Shown here: in pieces, positions 28,701 to 37,813 of the stretch | Position numbering within the stretch: position 1 is the stretch's first letter | Layout of the letters: each line of letters begins with the position of its first letter | Origin: a candidate division FCPU426 bacterium | GTDB lineage: Bacteria; Oederibacteriota; PGYV01; Palsa-1178 | Direction: 5' to 3' | DNA length: 64,000 nt | Assembly: GCA_963840035.1 (NCBI GenBank) | Contig: CAWIXE010000003.1 | Location: 352,001 to 416,000 of the forward strand | The notes under the pieces: model-generated | What the model was told of the DNA's origin: nothing | The model's input: the letters and a program-made list of their open reading frames with translations, nothing else | Databases searched by the model: none | Program-made: the position numbers and the translations under genes

Positions 28701-31454
28701 GCGTCGTGGAAACTGGAAAATGGCAATGCGCCATTCCACAAAAGGTACGGCAGCGCGTGTCTTGTGTATAATGGCAGGATATGGGTCATCGGAGGCGCTT
28801 ATTACGACGGCATAGGCGCGACGGTTTATTATAATGACGTATGGTCATCGGCGGACGGCGTAAGCTGGATAAAGGAAAAGGATAACGCCGCGTTCAGCCC
28901 CAGGGCACTGGCCGCAGCCGCTGTATTTAATAACAGGATGTGGCTCTCAGGTGGTTCGGACAACACTTCAATGGTCGTCGGTATAGACAGCAAAGTGTGG
29001 TCTTCCGCGGACGGAAAGAACTGGACGCTGGCTACAGCAAATCCCGGTTTCGGGGTAAAATCCATGTCTAATATGCTGCAGCATGACGGAAAGTTGTGGA
29101 TGATTGGGGGAATGCAAGGGCAGGACGCGGGCGGGAATATCGTCTTCGGCAATGACCTGTGGTTCACTGAAGACGGGATAAAATGGATGAAGGCAAGCGA
29201 TGATGTAGATTACGGGGGACGCGCGGCGCATGAAAGCGTGGAGTTTGACGGCAGGATGTGGCTGATAGGCGGAATAGCAGGCAATTATATATCCAATTGC
29301 AAGACAGATGTATGGTACACACCGTTTAAGGGGACGCCGACCATAACCCCGTCACATACCGTATCACCGACCATATCGCCGACACATACCATATCAAAGA
29401 CATTTACTATATCGCCGACACACAGCGTATCACCGACCATATCGGCAACGCCGACTATAACGGAAACCGCGACAATATCGGCTACTTTCACGGCAAGTCC
29501 GGATGTTACGGACACCCCGACAGCGACTATAACCATATCGCCGGTTATCGGGCCGCCTCCGGACGCGGGTATGACCTGGCAGCTGGCAACAGCGGCCGCG
29601 TCTTTTTCCGAAAGGAGTGGGCCTTCATCGGTGGTGTTTGATGGAAAAATGTGGGTGATAGGAGGTTTAAACCCGGCAGGCGCTTATAACGATGTGTTCT
29701 CATCTGTTGACGGAGCCAACTGGGTGACTGAAACAGCTTCAGCTGCGTTTGGCCCGAGAGGTTTCCATACAAGTGTTGTAATGAACAACCGTATCTGGAT
29801 TATAGGCGGCGGGCCCAGTTACGGCTCAAATTACAGCGATGTATGGTCGTCGGCTGACGGGATAAACTGGGATCTTGAAACTACTACCACTCCTTTTAAC
29901 CGGTGTTTGCATGCAAGTGTTGTATTCGGCGGAAGAATGTGGGTTATAGGCGGTATGGATAATACTTTTGGTTTACATAATGATGTCTGGTCTTCAGCTG
30001 ACGGAGTGAACTGGACGCAGGAGACGGTAAACGCTGGATTCTCAAAAAGGTTTTCGCAAAGTGCTATTGTTTTTAACGGAAAGATATGGGTCTTAAACGG
30101 GAATGATTTCGTTAGCGACTACAATGACATATGGTCTTCATCCGACGGTGTAAATTGGGCCAATGAAACAGTGTCAGCAGCTTTTGTACCGTCTTACGGC
30201 AACGGCCTTGTAGAATTTGGCGGTAAAGTCTGGCTTATAAGCGGCTATGATGCTTCAGGTCCGTTAAAAGGGGTGTGGTCATCGGACAACTGCGTGGACT
30301 GGTCTGCGGTAACGCTTAATGCGGAATTCACACCAAGGGGGGCTTTTGGCTGTGTCACGTATGACAATAAGTTATGGGCCATTGGTGGAGCTGGTTTCTC
30401 CAGTTCATTGAATGATGTATGGTTCTCGCCACCGGATCTTATAGTTACCCCGACGTTTACATATACTGCCGGGACAGGTACTGAGACGCCGACGGCTACA
30501 CCGACTTTAACATGGACCGCGGAGGTCAATACTTTTACAAGGACAGCAACATCGACGCCAACAGAAACCGGGACGTTCACTGCAACACAGACAGGTACAA
30601 TAGCGACCGGAACAATAACCGGAACCGCGACACAGACCATAACGGGGACGCCGCCCACGGAAACAATAACGCCAACTGACACTATTACATCAACGCCGCA
30701 CACTGAAACGATAACGGCAACATTCACGCAGACCGGCACCGTCACATTAACATTGACTTCAACGGTTACTGTAAGCGTTACTTATACCACTGAAATCAGC
30801 GCGACTATGACGTCATCACCAACAAATACGGCAACAGCCACAAGCACGAATACGGTTGCGTTTACCTCGACCTTTACGGCAACCGGGACGATTACTGCGT
30901 CTAACACGGCGACTGCTTCGGCTACCGGCACGCCCTCAAATACAGCATCCAATACAGCCACTGTCACTGCCACTGATACTGTGACTGCGACACGCACGGT
31001 CAGCGCGACATCATCTGTTACCATAACGCCATCAAGGACAGCGACGCGTACCCGCACGCAGACCCCCACATTTACCCGCACGCCGGGAAATACCGCGACC
31101 GTTACATCGACGCCTTCCCCGACTGCTGTGGCTACCGAGGGGACATTCGGCATTACGGGCGGCATGACATTTCCAAACCCGTACGATCCCGGGACAGGCG
31201 CCGGCCTGTCTGTAAGATACAGGGTTTCACAGGATATAAAGTCGGCCCTGTTTTGTGTGTACTCAAATTCTTTCAGGCTGATAAGAAGGTCCGAGTTAAG
31301 CGGGCAGGATTCAGCCGGATTAAAGGTAAAGATCATTCCGGACAATGTTTTCTCTGATTTCGGCAACGGGACTTATTTTTACTGCATAGAGGGAGTAAGC
31401 TCTTCAGGGGATAAGGTCAGGTCAAAAGCCGGTGTTGTAATAATAATAAAATAG
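25701..31454 (+). CDS. Large secreted protein: MAM-like domain, 4 jelly-roll repeats, 2 Kelch-like propellers, Thr-rich stalk, T9SS type-A-like CTD
   Basis: Signal peptide; [DEQ]A[LV]DN...GPG/GAG...YVDG...W.Y.KD repeats; WSSADG..W blades; TFPNP...VYSNSFRLIR...NGTYFY...IIIK. Confidence 0.85.
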   Translation: MRISTKKLFSAIAITILSIFPSLLYSSGLWHTIGDEYSPGQRTFSSVSPDTYWYGQESTGSYNTGSNNNGSQVFGPFYAQENTGISFWSWEETENFQFPDAVDTRKIYISADSGTTWELVREMFGIEREWHNVLIDLTAYSGQTILIKAVFDTMDRFNNNFRGWFIDDVLFSGITQQDRLSDALDNKTMTFTTGGAADWISQTIDAKYGGTALRSGVIGDSQLTYVETIVAGPGYISFYYKASSEYGFDYLDFFIDGVLATDSYYRCTGTQNEFYWTKITLYVAPGSHVMRWQYKKDESNSAGRDCGWLDRVNFSPGGMPPDLPPADLSTLTPAGTATTTRTRTVSPTKTPSFSVTPTLTPASVSLNDALDNAALSLSQQQVPAWRGQESVFYFGGSSAQCSGLADTQASRLTANISGPCTVYFEWKVSCEEDYDYLTLYVDGEETDYITGETDWKQASVDLPAGEHSLSWEYSKDIDTSAGLDSAWVDKVEIISTTPTTTMTVSGTPTETLSMTYTPAFTATHTPTATMSKTQQAVMPTPALQEALDNFTIVFSASGTVPWKGQGDKFFYGGDSAQAGSMADSSSTTLQASVTGAGTISFYWKSDTEWGDYLYFYVDGAPVADIYAQQDWGGFSFNISGAGSHLLEWVYAKDDYRNYESYGYVHDRVWVDKVEYTSGTRTITPTLTVTGTATVKPTLSFTATAATGTETPIYTPTNTRTLYPTASMTPTVAASVSINQAVDNYTITFTSGGAAPWRGEINQGAYFDGDDARSGPIGDNEYSYLEARINGPGILSFYASVSADGGDGFYLEVDGAFGSSHGSYGMGSEWNNITEYIYPGVNVVRWVYRKDSSTSAFDDCLRIDRITFNPAATPSPWPTDTPVYTPTVTLTITAVIYQPITVVPESVWYKATENSGLGCRYGHKCVVLNNKMWLTGGYNGGGAGDVWSSADGVGWNRENPSAFPYRVFHGSVSWKGRIWVIGGMGQSSSTVYNDVWSSADGASWKLENGNAPFHKRYGSACLVYNGRIWVIGGAYYDGIGATVYYNDVWSSADGVSWIKEKDNAAFSPRALAAAAVFNNRMWLSGGSDNTSMVVGIDSKVWSSADGKNWTLATANPGFGVKSMSNMLQHDGKLWMIGGMQGQDAGGNIVFGNDLWFTEDGIKWMKASDDVDYGGRAAHESVEFDGRMWLIGGIAGNYISNCKTDVWYTPFKGTPTITPSHTVSPTISPTHTISKTFTISPTHSVSPTISATPTITETATISATFTASPDVTDTPTATITISPVIGPPPDAGMTWQLATAAASFSERSGPSSVVFDGKMWVIGGLNPAGAYNDVFSSVDGANWVTETASAAFGPRGFHTSVVMNNRIWIIGGGPSYGSNYSDVWSSADGINWDLETTTTPFNRCLHASVVFGGRMWVIGGMDNTFGLHNDVWSSADGVNWTQETVNAGFSKRFSQSAIVFNGKIWVLNGNDFVSDYNDIWSSSDGVNWANETVSAAFVPSYGNGLVEFGGKVWLISGYDASGPLKGVWSSDNCVDWSAVTLNAEFTPRGAFGCVTYDNKLWAIGGAGFSSSLNDVWFSPPDLIVTPTFTYTAGTGTETPTATPTLTWTAEVNTFTRTATSTPTETGTFTATQTGTIATGTITGTATQTITGTPPTETITPTDTITSTPHTETITATFTQTGTVTLTLTSTVTVSVTYTTEISATMTSSPTNTATATSTNTVAFTSTFTATGTITASNTATASATGTPSNTASNTATVTATDTVTATRTVSATSSVTITPSRTATRTRTQTPTFTRTPGNTATVTSTPSPTAVATEGTFGITGGMTFPNPYDPGTGAGLSVRYRVSQDIKSALFCVYSNSFRLIRRSELSGQDSAGLKVKIIPDNVFSDFGNGTYFYCIEGVSSSGDKVRSKAGVVIIIK

Positions 31455-31470
31455 GCCCGGTGGATGTTTT

Positions 31471-32181
31471 TTACCAGGCCAGGATTTTTCTTTCCCTGTA
31501 TAAAAACCCGGGTTGAAGTTTCGTAATGTCCTCAGTGGCCAGCCATACCGGCGTATCTATCCCGTCTTTTATCTCAAGCCAGGCGTCAGGCCCTCCCATA
31601 TCTGTTTTAACCCAGCCCGGATCAACGCAGAATATCTTTACGTTAGTCCCTTTTAAATGATCCGCGAATGTCCATGTGAGCTGGTTTACGGCTGTTTTGG
31701 ATATTGAATAAGTAATCTGCGGGCCGGTCTTTGGCATGGAAAGCTGTGAAAGGCCCGATGAAAAGTTGATTATCCTGGCTTCCTTTGATTTCTTCAGCAG
31801 CGGCAATAGCTTTGAGATAGTCCACAAAGTGCCCCGCACATTAACGTCCATTATTACCTGGTAACAATTAAGGTCAAGTGTTTCTATGGTGGTGGACATG
31901 GGTTCGGAGTTTATTCCGGCGTTATTTATTAAAATGTCAATTACAGGATGCTTCGCGGCCACGTTCTTTGCCATATCGTTTATTGAGTCAACATCCGCAA
32001 AGTCGCATATAAACAGCTCAACGTCCAGGCCTTTTGCCTGCAGGTTTTTTACCGGGGTTTCAGCGGTTACTTTTGACCTGCATGCCATTAAGACCTTTAT
32101 TCCGAGGCTTGCGAGTTTTTCAGACACGGCAAACCCGAGGCCGCGCGTCGCGCCGGTAACCAGCGCTGTTTTTTTATCCAT
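31471..32181 (-). CDS. SDR family oxidoreductase (carbonyl reductase-like)
   Basis: TGATRGLG, INNAGI, YSISK (YxxxK), DPGWVKTDMGG. Confidence 0.93.
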   Translation of the reverse strand: MDKKTALVTGATRGLGFAVSEKLASLGIKVLMACRSKVTAETPVKNLQAKGLDVELFICDFADVDSINDMAKNVAAKHPVIDILINNAGINSEPMSTTIETLDLNCYQVIMDVNVRGTLWTISKLLPLLKKSKEARIINFSSGLSQLSMPKTGPQITYSISKTAVNQLTWTFADHLKGTNVKIFCVDPGWVKTDMGGPDAWLEIKDGIDTPVWLATEDITKLQPGFLYRERKILAW

Positions 32182-32200
32182 GGAATTCTCCTGTTTAGTT

Positions 32201-32431
32201 GTAGATACGCACTGAGTGCGTTTTGTTTTTACCCGTTAAAGTCTAATATTTAAAAGGATTTCTGTCAATGTCCTGTTTTTATGTGAAACATAACAGGCCG
32301 GATTTGTTAAAATAGTAATTGCAAATGCAGGCAAGTGTATTAAAATATATTGATATTTTACGGTGCCAAAAAACGGCTTGTAAGTCACGCCGAAAAAACG
32401 CAAAGGCGGGACGCACACAGTGTGTCTCTAC
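32201..32431. repeat. Degenerate dispersed copies of the RAYT-associated REP
   Basis: GTAGATACGCACTGAGTGCGT at 32201 and CAAAGGCGGGACGCACACAGTGTGTCTCTAC ending 32431 (keeps the array's CAAAGGCG linker). Confidence 0.6.
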
Positions 32432-32442
32432 GGGTGGACAAC

Positions 32443-33000
32443 ATGGGAGTGATGTCGGACAATTGGATAGTGAAAATGGCGAAAAAAGGGATGATTGAGC
32501 CTTTTGAATCAAGCCAGGTGGGGAAAGGCGTGATATCTTACGGCGTGTCCTGCTACGGTTATGACATGAGGATATCCAATGAATTTAAGATATTCAAACC
32601 CGAGACAACGCAGTTCGCGGACCCCAAGGACTTTAACGACAGCCATTTTGACGAGTTTAAGGGCGATGTGTGCATAATACCGCCCAATTCATACGTTCTC
32701 GCGCGCAGCGTGGAGTATTTCCGCATACCAAGGAACATACTTACCATTACATTTGGAAAGTCCACCTACGCCAGGAGCGGGGTCATAGTAAACGTAACCC
32801 CGTTTGAACCGGAGTGGGAAGGTTTTGTCACCATATCAATAGCAAACTTAACCGGCAGGCCGGCAAAACTATACGCCAACGAAGGCATAGCGCAGGTCAT
32901 ATTCTTAAAGGCGGAACAGGTCTGCAAGACCTCATACGCCGACAAGAAAGGCAAGTATCAGGGGCAGAAGAAGATAACGATGGCGAGGATTAAAAAATAA
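32443..33000 (+). CDS. dcd: dCTP deaminase
   Basis: [50 protein letters not shown]. Confidence 0.95.
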   Translation: MGVMSDNWIVKMAKKGMIEPFESSQVGKGVISYGVSCYGYDMRISNEFKIFKPETTQFADPKDFNDSHFDEFKGDVCIIPPNSYVLARSVEYFRIPRNILTITFGKSTYARSGVIVNVTPFEPEWEGFVTISIANLTGRPAKLYANEGIAQVIFLKAEQVCKTSYADKKGKYQGQKKITMARIKK

Positions 33001-33085
33001 TTCTAGATTCTGGATTCTGGATTAAAAAAACAAACAAATCGGTTTTTGATTTTAATCCAGAATCCAGAATTCAGAATTCAGAATC
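32999..33085. repeat. Heptamer inverted-repeat element (ATTCTGG/CCAGAAT family)
   Basis: TTCTAGA TTCTGGA TTCTGGA ... AATCCAG AATCCAG AATTCAG AATTCAG. Confidence 0.8.
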
Positions 33086-33094
33086 GGGGTTTAT

Positions 33095-33934
33095 ATGGGT
33101 TTATTCGGCATTCACGGCTCCATCAGCGGCGGGTTGTTTAACGCCATAGAGGAAGGGCAGGCTCTGGGATGTGAGGCTCTGCAGATATTTACAGCCAACC
33201 AGCGCATGTGGTCTGTAAAGACACCTTCATCGGATGACATGTCGGCTTTTGCCGCGGCGTGGAAAAAAAGCGGAATTAAAAAGGTGGTATCCCATAATTC
33301 ATACCTGGTAAACCTTGCCAGTGTAAATCCGGGGCTGCTGGGCAAATCGCGTCTGGCTTTCATGGCTGAAATGGAACGCGTGAGGGATTTAAACATTGAC
33401 GGCCTTGTTTTTCATCCGGGAAGCTTCACAGGCGGTACTTATGAAGAAGGCATTAAGAATATAATCGATTCCATAAACAGGGCGCTTTCCGAAGTGAAAG
33501 GTTTTGCTTCGCGGGTGCTTTTGGAGACTACGGCAGGATCGGGCAGCTCAATAGGCGGGAAGTTTGAGGACCTTGCATATATAATAGGAAAGGTAAAGAA
33601 AAAGGAAAATATAGGCGTGTGTTTTGATACGGCCCATGTTTTTGAGGCGGGATATAATACTAAGGATGACTATGAGGGTGTTTTTAAGGCGTTTGACAGG
33701 ATAATAGGCCTTGAAAATCTGCGCTGTTTCCACATAAATGACTCAAAGACTGAGTTCGAAAGCCACAGCGACAGGCACGAACATATAGGCAGGGGATTTT
33801 TGGGCGCTGATTTTTTTAAGAAACTTGTTAATGACAAGCGGTTTAAGGATGTCCCCATGATACTTGAGACGCCAAAAGACGGCGATATGGATAAGGTTAA
33901 TTTAAAGCTGCTAAGGGGATTTAGAAAGAAATAA
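33095..33934 (+). CDS. nfo: Endonuclease IV
   Basis: HGSISGG, QIFT, HNSYLVNL, FHPGS, LETTAG, CFDTAH, HINDSK, DRHEHIG, ILETP. Confidence 0.96.
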   Translation: MGLFGIHGSISGGLFNAIEEGQALGCEALQIFTANQRMWSVKTPSSDDMSAFAAAWKKSGIKKVVSHNSYLVNLASVNPGLLGKSRLAFMAEMERVRDLNIDGLVFHPGSFTGGTYEEGIKNIIDSINRALSEVKGFASRVLLETTAGSGSSIGGKFEDLAYIIGKVKKKENIGVCFDTAHVFEAGYNTKDDYEGVFKAFDRIIGLENLRCFHINDSKTEFESHSDRHEHIGRGFLGADFFKKLVNDKRFKDVPMILETPKDGDMDKVNLKLLRGFRKK

Positions 33935-33996
33935 TAAGAACCTTACCTGTCCCGCCTTGGGAGAACGGGTTTTTCGGCGCATACTTGTGTGTTGTT

Positions 33997-34074
33997 GTGG
34001 CTGCTACAGGCCGGTTTTCTTTATGGATTGCACAGTAGCGCAGGCCATAAAGAAAACCGGCCTGCAGCAGCCAC
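33997..34074. repeat. 30-bp near-perfect inverted repeat with 18-nt loop
   Basis: GTGGCTGCTACAGGCCGGTTTTCTTTATGG ... CCATAAAGAAAACCGGCCTGCAGCAGCCAC, one mismatch. Confidence 0.85.
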
Positions 34075-34143
34075 GGGTTATGCCCCGTCAACCTGCTGTA
34101 GTGCGGTTTGTTGATTATATATTAAAATACTTGAGGAGGTTTT

Positions 34144-34566
34144 ATGAAGGCATTCTGGCTGGCTGTGATTACCGCGTGTATTTGGGGAGGCGTTCCCATA
34201 ATAGAAAAGTTTGCGTTGACCAGGGGCATGCATCCGGTAATGGGGGTTGTTATCAGGAACTTCGGATCGGTAGCCGCGGGAATAATACTGTGGATGTTTG
34301 TGGCGAAGAACCCGCAGATGGTTAAGACCGGAGGCATGCTGCCGATAGTGCTCATGCTTGCCGCAGGAGCGCTTGCCGCGGTCGTGGGCCAGACTTTTTT
34401 CTATTCGTCCCTTCAACTCGGGGATGTATCAAAGGTCATGCCGATTGCCGGAAGTTTTCCGCTGATTTCATTCGTACTGGGCATCCTGATATTTGGCGAA
34501 GCGGTTACGGCATCAAAAATTGCGGGAGTGCTGTGCGTGGTGGCAGGGGTGTTTTTACTTAAGTAA
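34144..34566 (+). CDS. EamA/DMT family small transporter
   Basis: Hydrophobic helices, FYSSLQLGDVSKVMPI, IFGEAVT. Confidence 0.85.
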   Translation: MKAFWLAVITACIWGGVPIIEKFALTRGMHPVMGVVIRNFGSVAAGIILWMFVAKNPQMVKTGGMLPIVLMLAAGALAAVVGQTFFYSSLQLGDVSKVMPIAGSFPLISFVLGILIFGEAVTASKIAGVLCVVAGVFLLK

Positions 34567-34607
34567 ATAGTTAAGAGGCAGGAGACAAAAGTAAGGCCGG
34601 AGGAAAA

Positions 34608-34802
34608 ATGAACTGCGAGAATATCAATAAAAACATGAAAGGCTGCAACTGCACATATGAACCCTGTTCCCGCAAGGGCAAGTGCTGCGAATGCGTGGCT
34701 TACCACAGGGCGTCGGACGAACTTCCGGCGTGTTTCTTTTCAACGGCAGCTGAAAGCACATATGACAGAAGCTTTAGCAGGTTCATAAAAGACAGGGGTT
34801 AA
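34608..34802 (+). CDS. Small Cys-rich protein (DUF6485-like)
   Basis: [21 protein letters not shown]...LPACFF...TYDRS; GGAGG RBS. Confidence 0.7.
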   Translation: MNCENINKNMKGCNCTYEPCSRKGKCCECVAYHRASDELPACFFSTAAESTYDRSFSRFIKDRG

Positions 34803-34929
34803 TGGCAGAAATTAGAAATATACATATATGCCTGATTAGGTTCATATCTAATATCCGATATCAAATATAGAGGAGTGAAATGCAATTCTCCTCCAGTGTA
34901 TACCATACTTTCAAAGGACGTGTAAGAAC

Positions 34930-36261
34930 ATGCGTGAGTTTCATAAAGGCGATATAAAATCCCATATAATACATCTGTCGTGGCCTATGGTTCTGGCTAA
35001 TATAATACAGAACCTGGCTTCGGCTTTTGAGTTGTTCCTGCTTGGCAGGATCGGCATAGACGCGCTTGCGGCGATAGCCATTGTTCTCACCAGCGTTTAC
35101 GGCCTGAACTTATCAGTTCACGGTGGCCTTATAAACGGCGCCATCGCCATACTGTCCAGGTATGCCGGGGCTAAAAGGCATGATGACCTCAATAAAGCCC
35201 TGGGACAGATATTCATCTTCGCTGTCCTGGTCTTCGGGGTCTTCAGCTTCCTTATATATATCTTTCTGGACCCCATACTCGTGTTTTTCGGCGCAAAAGG
35301 CGATGTTCTTATTATGGCTTCAGGTTACATAAAAATAATGCTGTTGGGCTTCCTTCCGTTTTCAGTGTATACGATAGGAATGGTGGCTCTCCGCAGCCTG
35401 GGCGACTCGGTTACACCGCTAAAGGTCATAATCGTAATGATGGTTTTCAATATAATCTTAAACCCCATTTTCATCGTGGCCATGAACTTAGGGGTCAAAG
35501 GCGCGGCCCTTTCAGGCCTGGTTATGAATATTGCCGCGGCTGTCTATTACATAATTATATTCACCAATGGCATACACCTTTTCAGGCTTAAGTGGAGCGA
35601 TTTTAAGCCTGATTTTACCCTTTTAAAGATGTATGCCGGGTTGTCGCTTAAAAGCATTGGACAGGGTTTCATAGGAGACGCCGGAAACCTCGCCATGCTC
35701 AAAATAATATCGGCTTTTGGCAACCCCATGATAGCGGGGTACGGCATCGGCGGCAGGTTGTTTTTTTATATCCTGATGTTCGGCTGGCCCATTGGCAACT
35801 CAGGCGCCCTGATAGTGGGGCAGAACCTCGGCATGAAAATTAAGGAAAGGGTCAGGCAGACTGTGGTGGAAACCATAAAGGTATTTGGGTATATAACAGT
35901 ACCGGCCGCACTGATTTTTATTGTTTTCGCAAGGCCCATAGTGCAACTATTTACCCACGATGACGTTGTAATTAAATACGGCGTATATTACCTGCGGGTT
36001 ATTTCTGTTTTTATGCCATTTTTCGGCGCCGGGCTGAATATACAGTCCATATTTAACGGCGCGGGAGCTACAGGCACGCCTACGGTAGTGACCTTTGTTT
36101 CGTCCATACTTGTCAGGGTACCGCTGGCAATGGCGCTTCCTCTCATACCGGCGCTGGCGGAATACGGTATTTTCTGGGCTGTGGGCATATCAATGGCTGT
36201 GTATTCTGTGATTTACGTGGTGCTTTATAATAGAGGAAGATGGATGAACAAGGAGATCTAG
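34930..36261 (+). CDS. MATE family efflux transporter
   Basis: LSWP, RSLGDSVTPL, NIILNPIFI, GVKGAALS, GQNLG; ~12 TM. Confidence 0.92.
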   Translation: MREFHKGDIKSHIIHLSWPMVLANIIQNLASAFELFLLGRIGIDALAAIAIVLTSVYGLNLSVHGGLINGAIAILSRYAGAKRHDDLNKALGQIFIFAVLVFGVFSFLIYIFLDPILVFFGAKGDVLIMASGYIKIMLLGFLPFSVYTIGMVALRSLGDSVTPLKVIIVMMVFNIILNPIFIVAMNLGVKGAALSGLVMNIAAAVYYIIIFTNGIHLFRLKWSDFKPDFTLLKMYAGLSLKSIGQGFIGDAGNLAMLKIISAFGNPMIAGYGIGGRLFFYILMFGWPIGNSGALIVGQNLGMKIKERVRQTVVETIKVFGYITVPAALIFIVFARPIVQLFTHDDVVIKYGVYYLRVISVFMPFFGAGLNIQSIFNGAGATGTPTVVTFVSSILVRVPLAMALPLIPALAEYGIFWAVGISMAVYSVIYVVLYNRGRWMNKEI

Positions 36262-36263
36262 AA

Positions 36264-37616
36264 ATGGCTGACGGATTAAGGGAACTCGAAAAGGGAGACA
36301 TATCCAAACACCTCTTATACCTGTCTGTGCCCCTGCTTATAACCAATCTCATGCAGAACTTTTTTTCCATATTCGACATGTTCCTGCTGGGAAAGATTGG
36401 CGTGCAGGCGCAGTCGGCCATATCAGTTATCGGTTTCATACTGGCTACATTCTGGGCCATGGTAGGCGGGCTCCAGGCCGGGGCTGTGGCTTTCGCGTCA
36501 AGGTACTGCGGACGCAGGGATTACAGCCTCCTGAAAAAAACCATAGTTAATACCATGTTCGCGGCTTACGCGCTTGCGGTTATCTACGTGGTTTTGCACT
36601 GGATCTTCAGGGTCCAGATACTTACTTTTTTCGGCGCGGCAGGCGAGACGCTCCGCCTGTCCGAATCCATATTCTTAACCTGCCTGATATCCATATTAAA
36701 TGACAGCGGCCTTTTTATATTCTTTGCCATACTCAGGGCCACCGGTTATATAAGGAGGCACTTTTACATCCTCTTTATTTCCGTGTTGTTAAATACCGTC
36801 TTTGAACCCATATTCATATATGGATGGCTGGGCTTCCCAAAAATGGGGATATTGGGGGCGCCCATGGCCAGGTTCATGTCGTACTTCATAATAACTTTCC
36901 TTATGATATCCATACTGACTAGGACAAAAGGCATCCTGCGCATAGAAAAAAAGGACCTGAAGCTGGATCCGAAGTTCCTTTTAAGCTATATAGTTATTTC
37001 ACTGCCGGCGTGGGGACAGGGGCTGGTGGCCAACATAACCGGGCTGGTCATGTTGAAACTCGCGGCGCCTTTCGGAGATTCCATGCTGGCTGTGATGGGG
37101 ATAGGTTCCAGGCTTGACGTCTTTGTCATGATGCTCGGCTGGGCCATAGGCGGCTCCACGGCGGTAATGGTGGGGCATAACCTGGGGGCAAAGCACCCGG
37201 ATAGGGCGGAAGCCAGCGTTATTACCGGGCTGAAAATGTTCACTATGATTACGCTCACCTGTTTCCTCATATATTTTAATTTTCCAGGATGGGTCATGAA
37301 AGTATTCACCGGAGACGCGACAGTCATCCATTACGGCATGGATTATTTAAAGATAATATCGCCGATGTACCTTTTAATGGGCGTGGGCATACTCACGGGC
37401 GCTGCCTTTAACGGCTCAGGAGCGACAAGGACGCCCATGGTGATAAATTTAATAGCGTCCATCATGATACAGATACCGATAGCAGTATTCCTGTCGCGGG
37501 TGCCGGGCATAGGATATAAAGCCATATTCATAAGCATCGCGTCGGTCTTCGCGTTCCAGGGCATAGCGGGATGGTTCATGTATAAGCGCGGGCACTGGAA
37601 ACACAAGGAGATCTGA
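36264..37616 (+). CDS. MATE family efflux transporter (tandem paralog)
   Basis: LSVP, RATG, GFPKMGILGA, GHNLGA, NGSGATRTPM; ends WKHKEI like the upstream paralog's WMNKEI. Confidence 0.92.
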   Translation: MADGLRELEKGDISKHLLYLSVPLLITNLMQNFFSIFDMFLLGKIGVQAQSAISVIGFILATFWAMVGGLQAGAVAFASRYCGRRDYSLLKKTIVNTMFAAYALAVIYVVLHWIFRVQILTFFGAAGETLRLSESIFLTCLISILNDSGLFIFFAILRATGYIRRHFYILFISVLLNTVFEPIFIYGWLGFPKMGILGAPMARFMSYFIITFLMISILTRTKGILRIEKKDLKLDPKFLLSYIVISLPAWGQGLVANITGLVMLKLAAPFGDSMLAVMGIGSRLDVFVMMLGWAIGGSTAVMVGHNLGAKHPDRAEASVITGLKMFTMITLTCFLIYFNFPGWVMKVFTGDATVIHYGMDYLKIISPMYLLMGVGILTGAAFNGSGATRTPMVINLIASIMIQIPIAVFLSRVPGIGYKAIFISIASVFAFQGIAGWFMYKRGHWKHKEI

Positions 37617-37621
37617 TTTAC

Positions 37622-37725
37622 AATTCTGAATTCAAGATTCTGAATTCTGGATTGTAGAGCGTTTGTTCTTGAAGTATCCGATTTTATCCATTTAATCCAA
37701 AATCTAGAATTCAGAATCTGGAATC
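37622..37725. repeat. Heptamer inverted-repeat element (ATTCTGG family)
   Basis: AATTCTG AATTCAA GATTCTG AATTCTG ... AATCCAA AATCTAG AATTCAG AATCTGG. Confidence 0.8.
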
Positions 37726-37813
37726 AAACCATTGAAAATCCCTTATTTTATGGTAAAATTATAGTAACTTACCTGCGCAGTGTTTGTCTTATATCCATAT
37801 GAAAAGAGGGTAC

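Noticed and set aside
12228..31454. Diversity-generating retroelement acting on the adhesins
   Set aside because: No reverse transcriptase in the window and no template/variable repeat pair differing only at adenines was seen
33957..34325. 122-aa Cys-rich ORF
   Set aside because: Spans the 30-bp inverted repeat and overlaps the EamA gene out of frame
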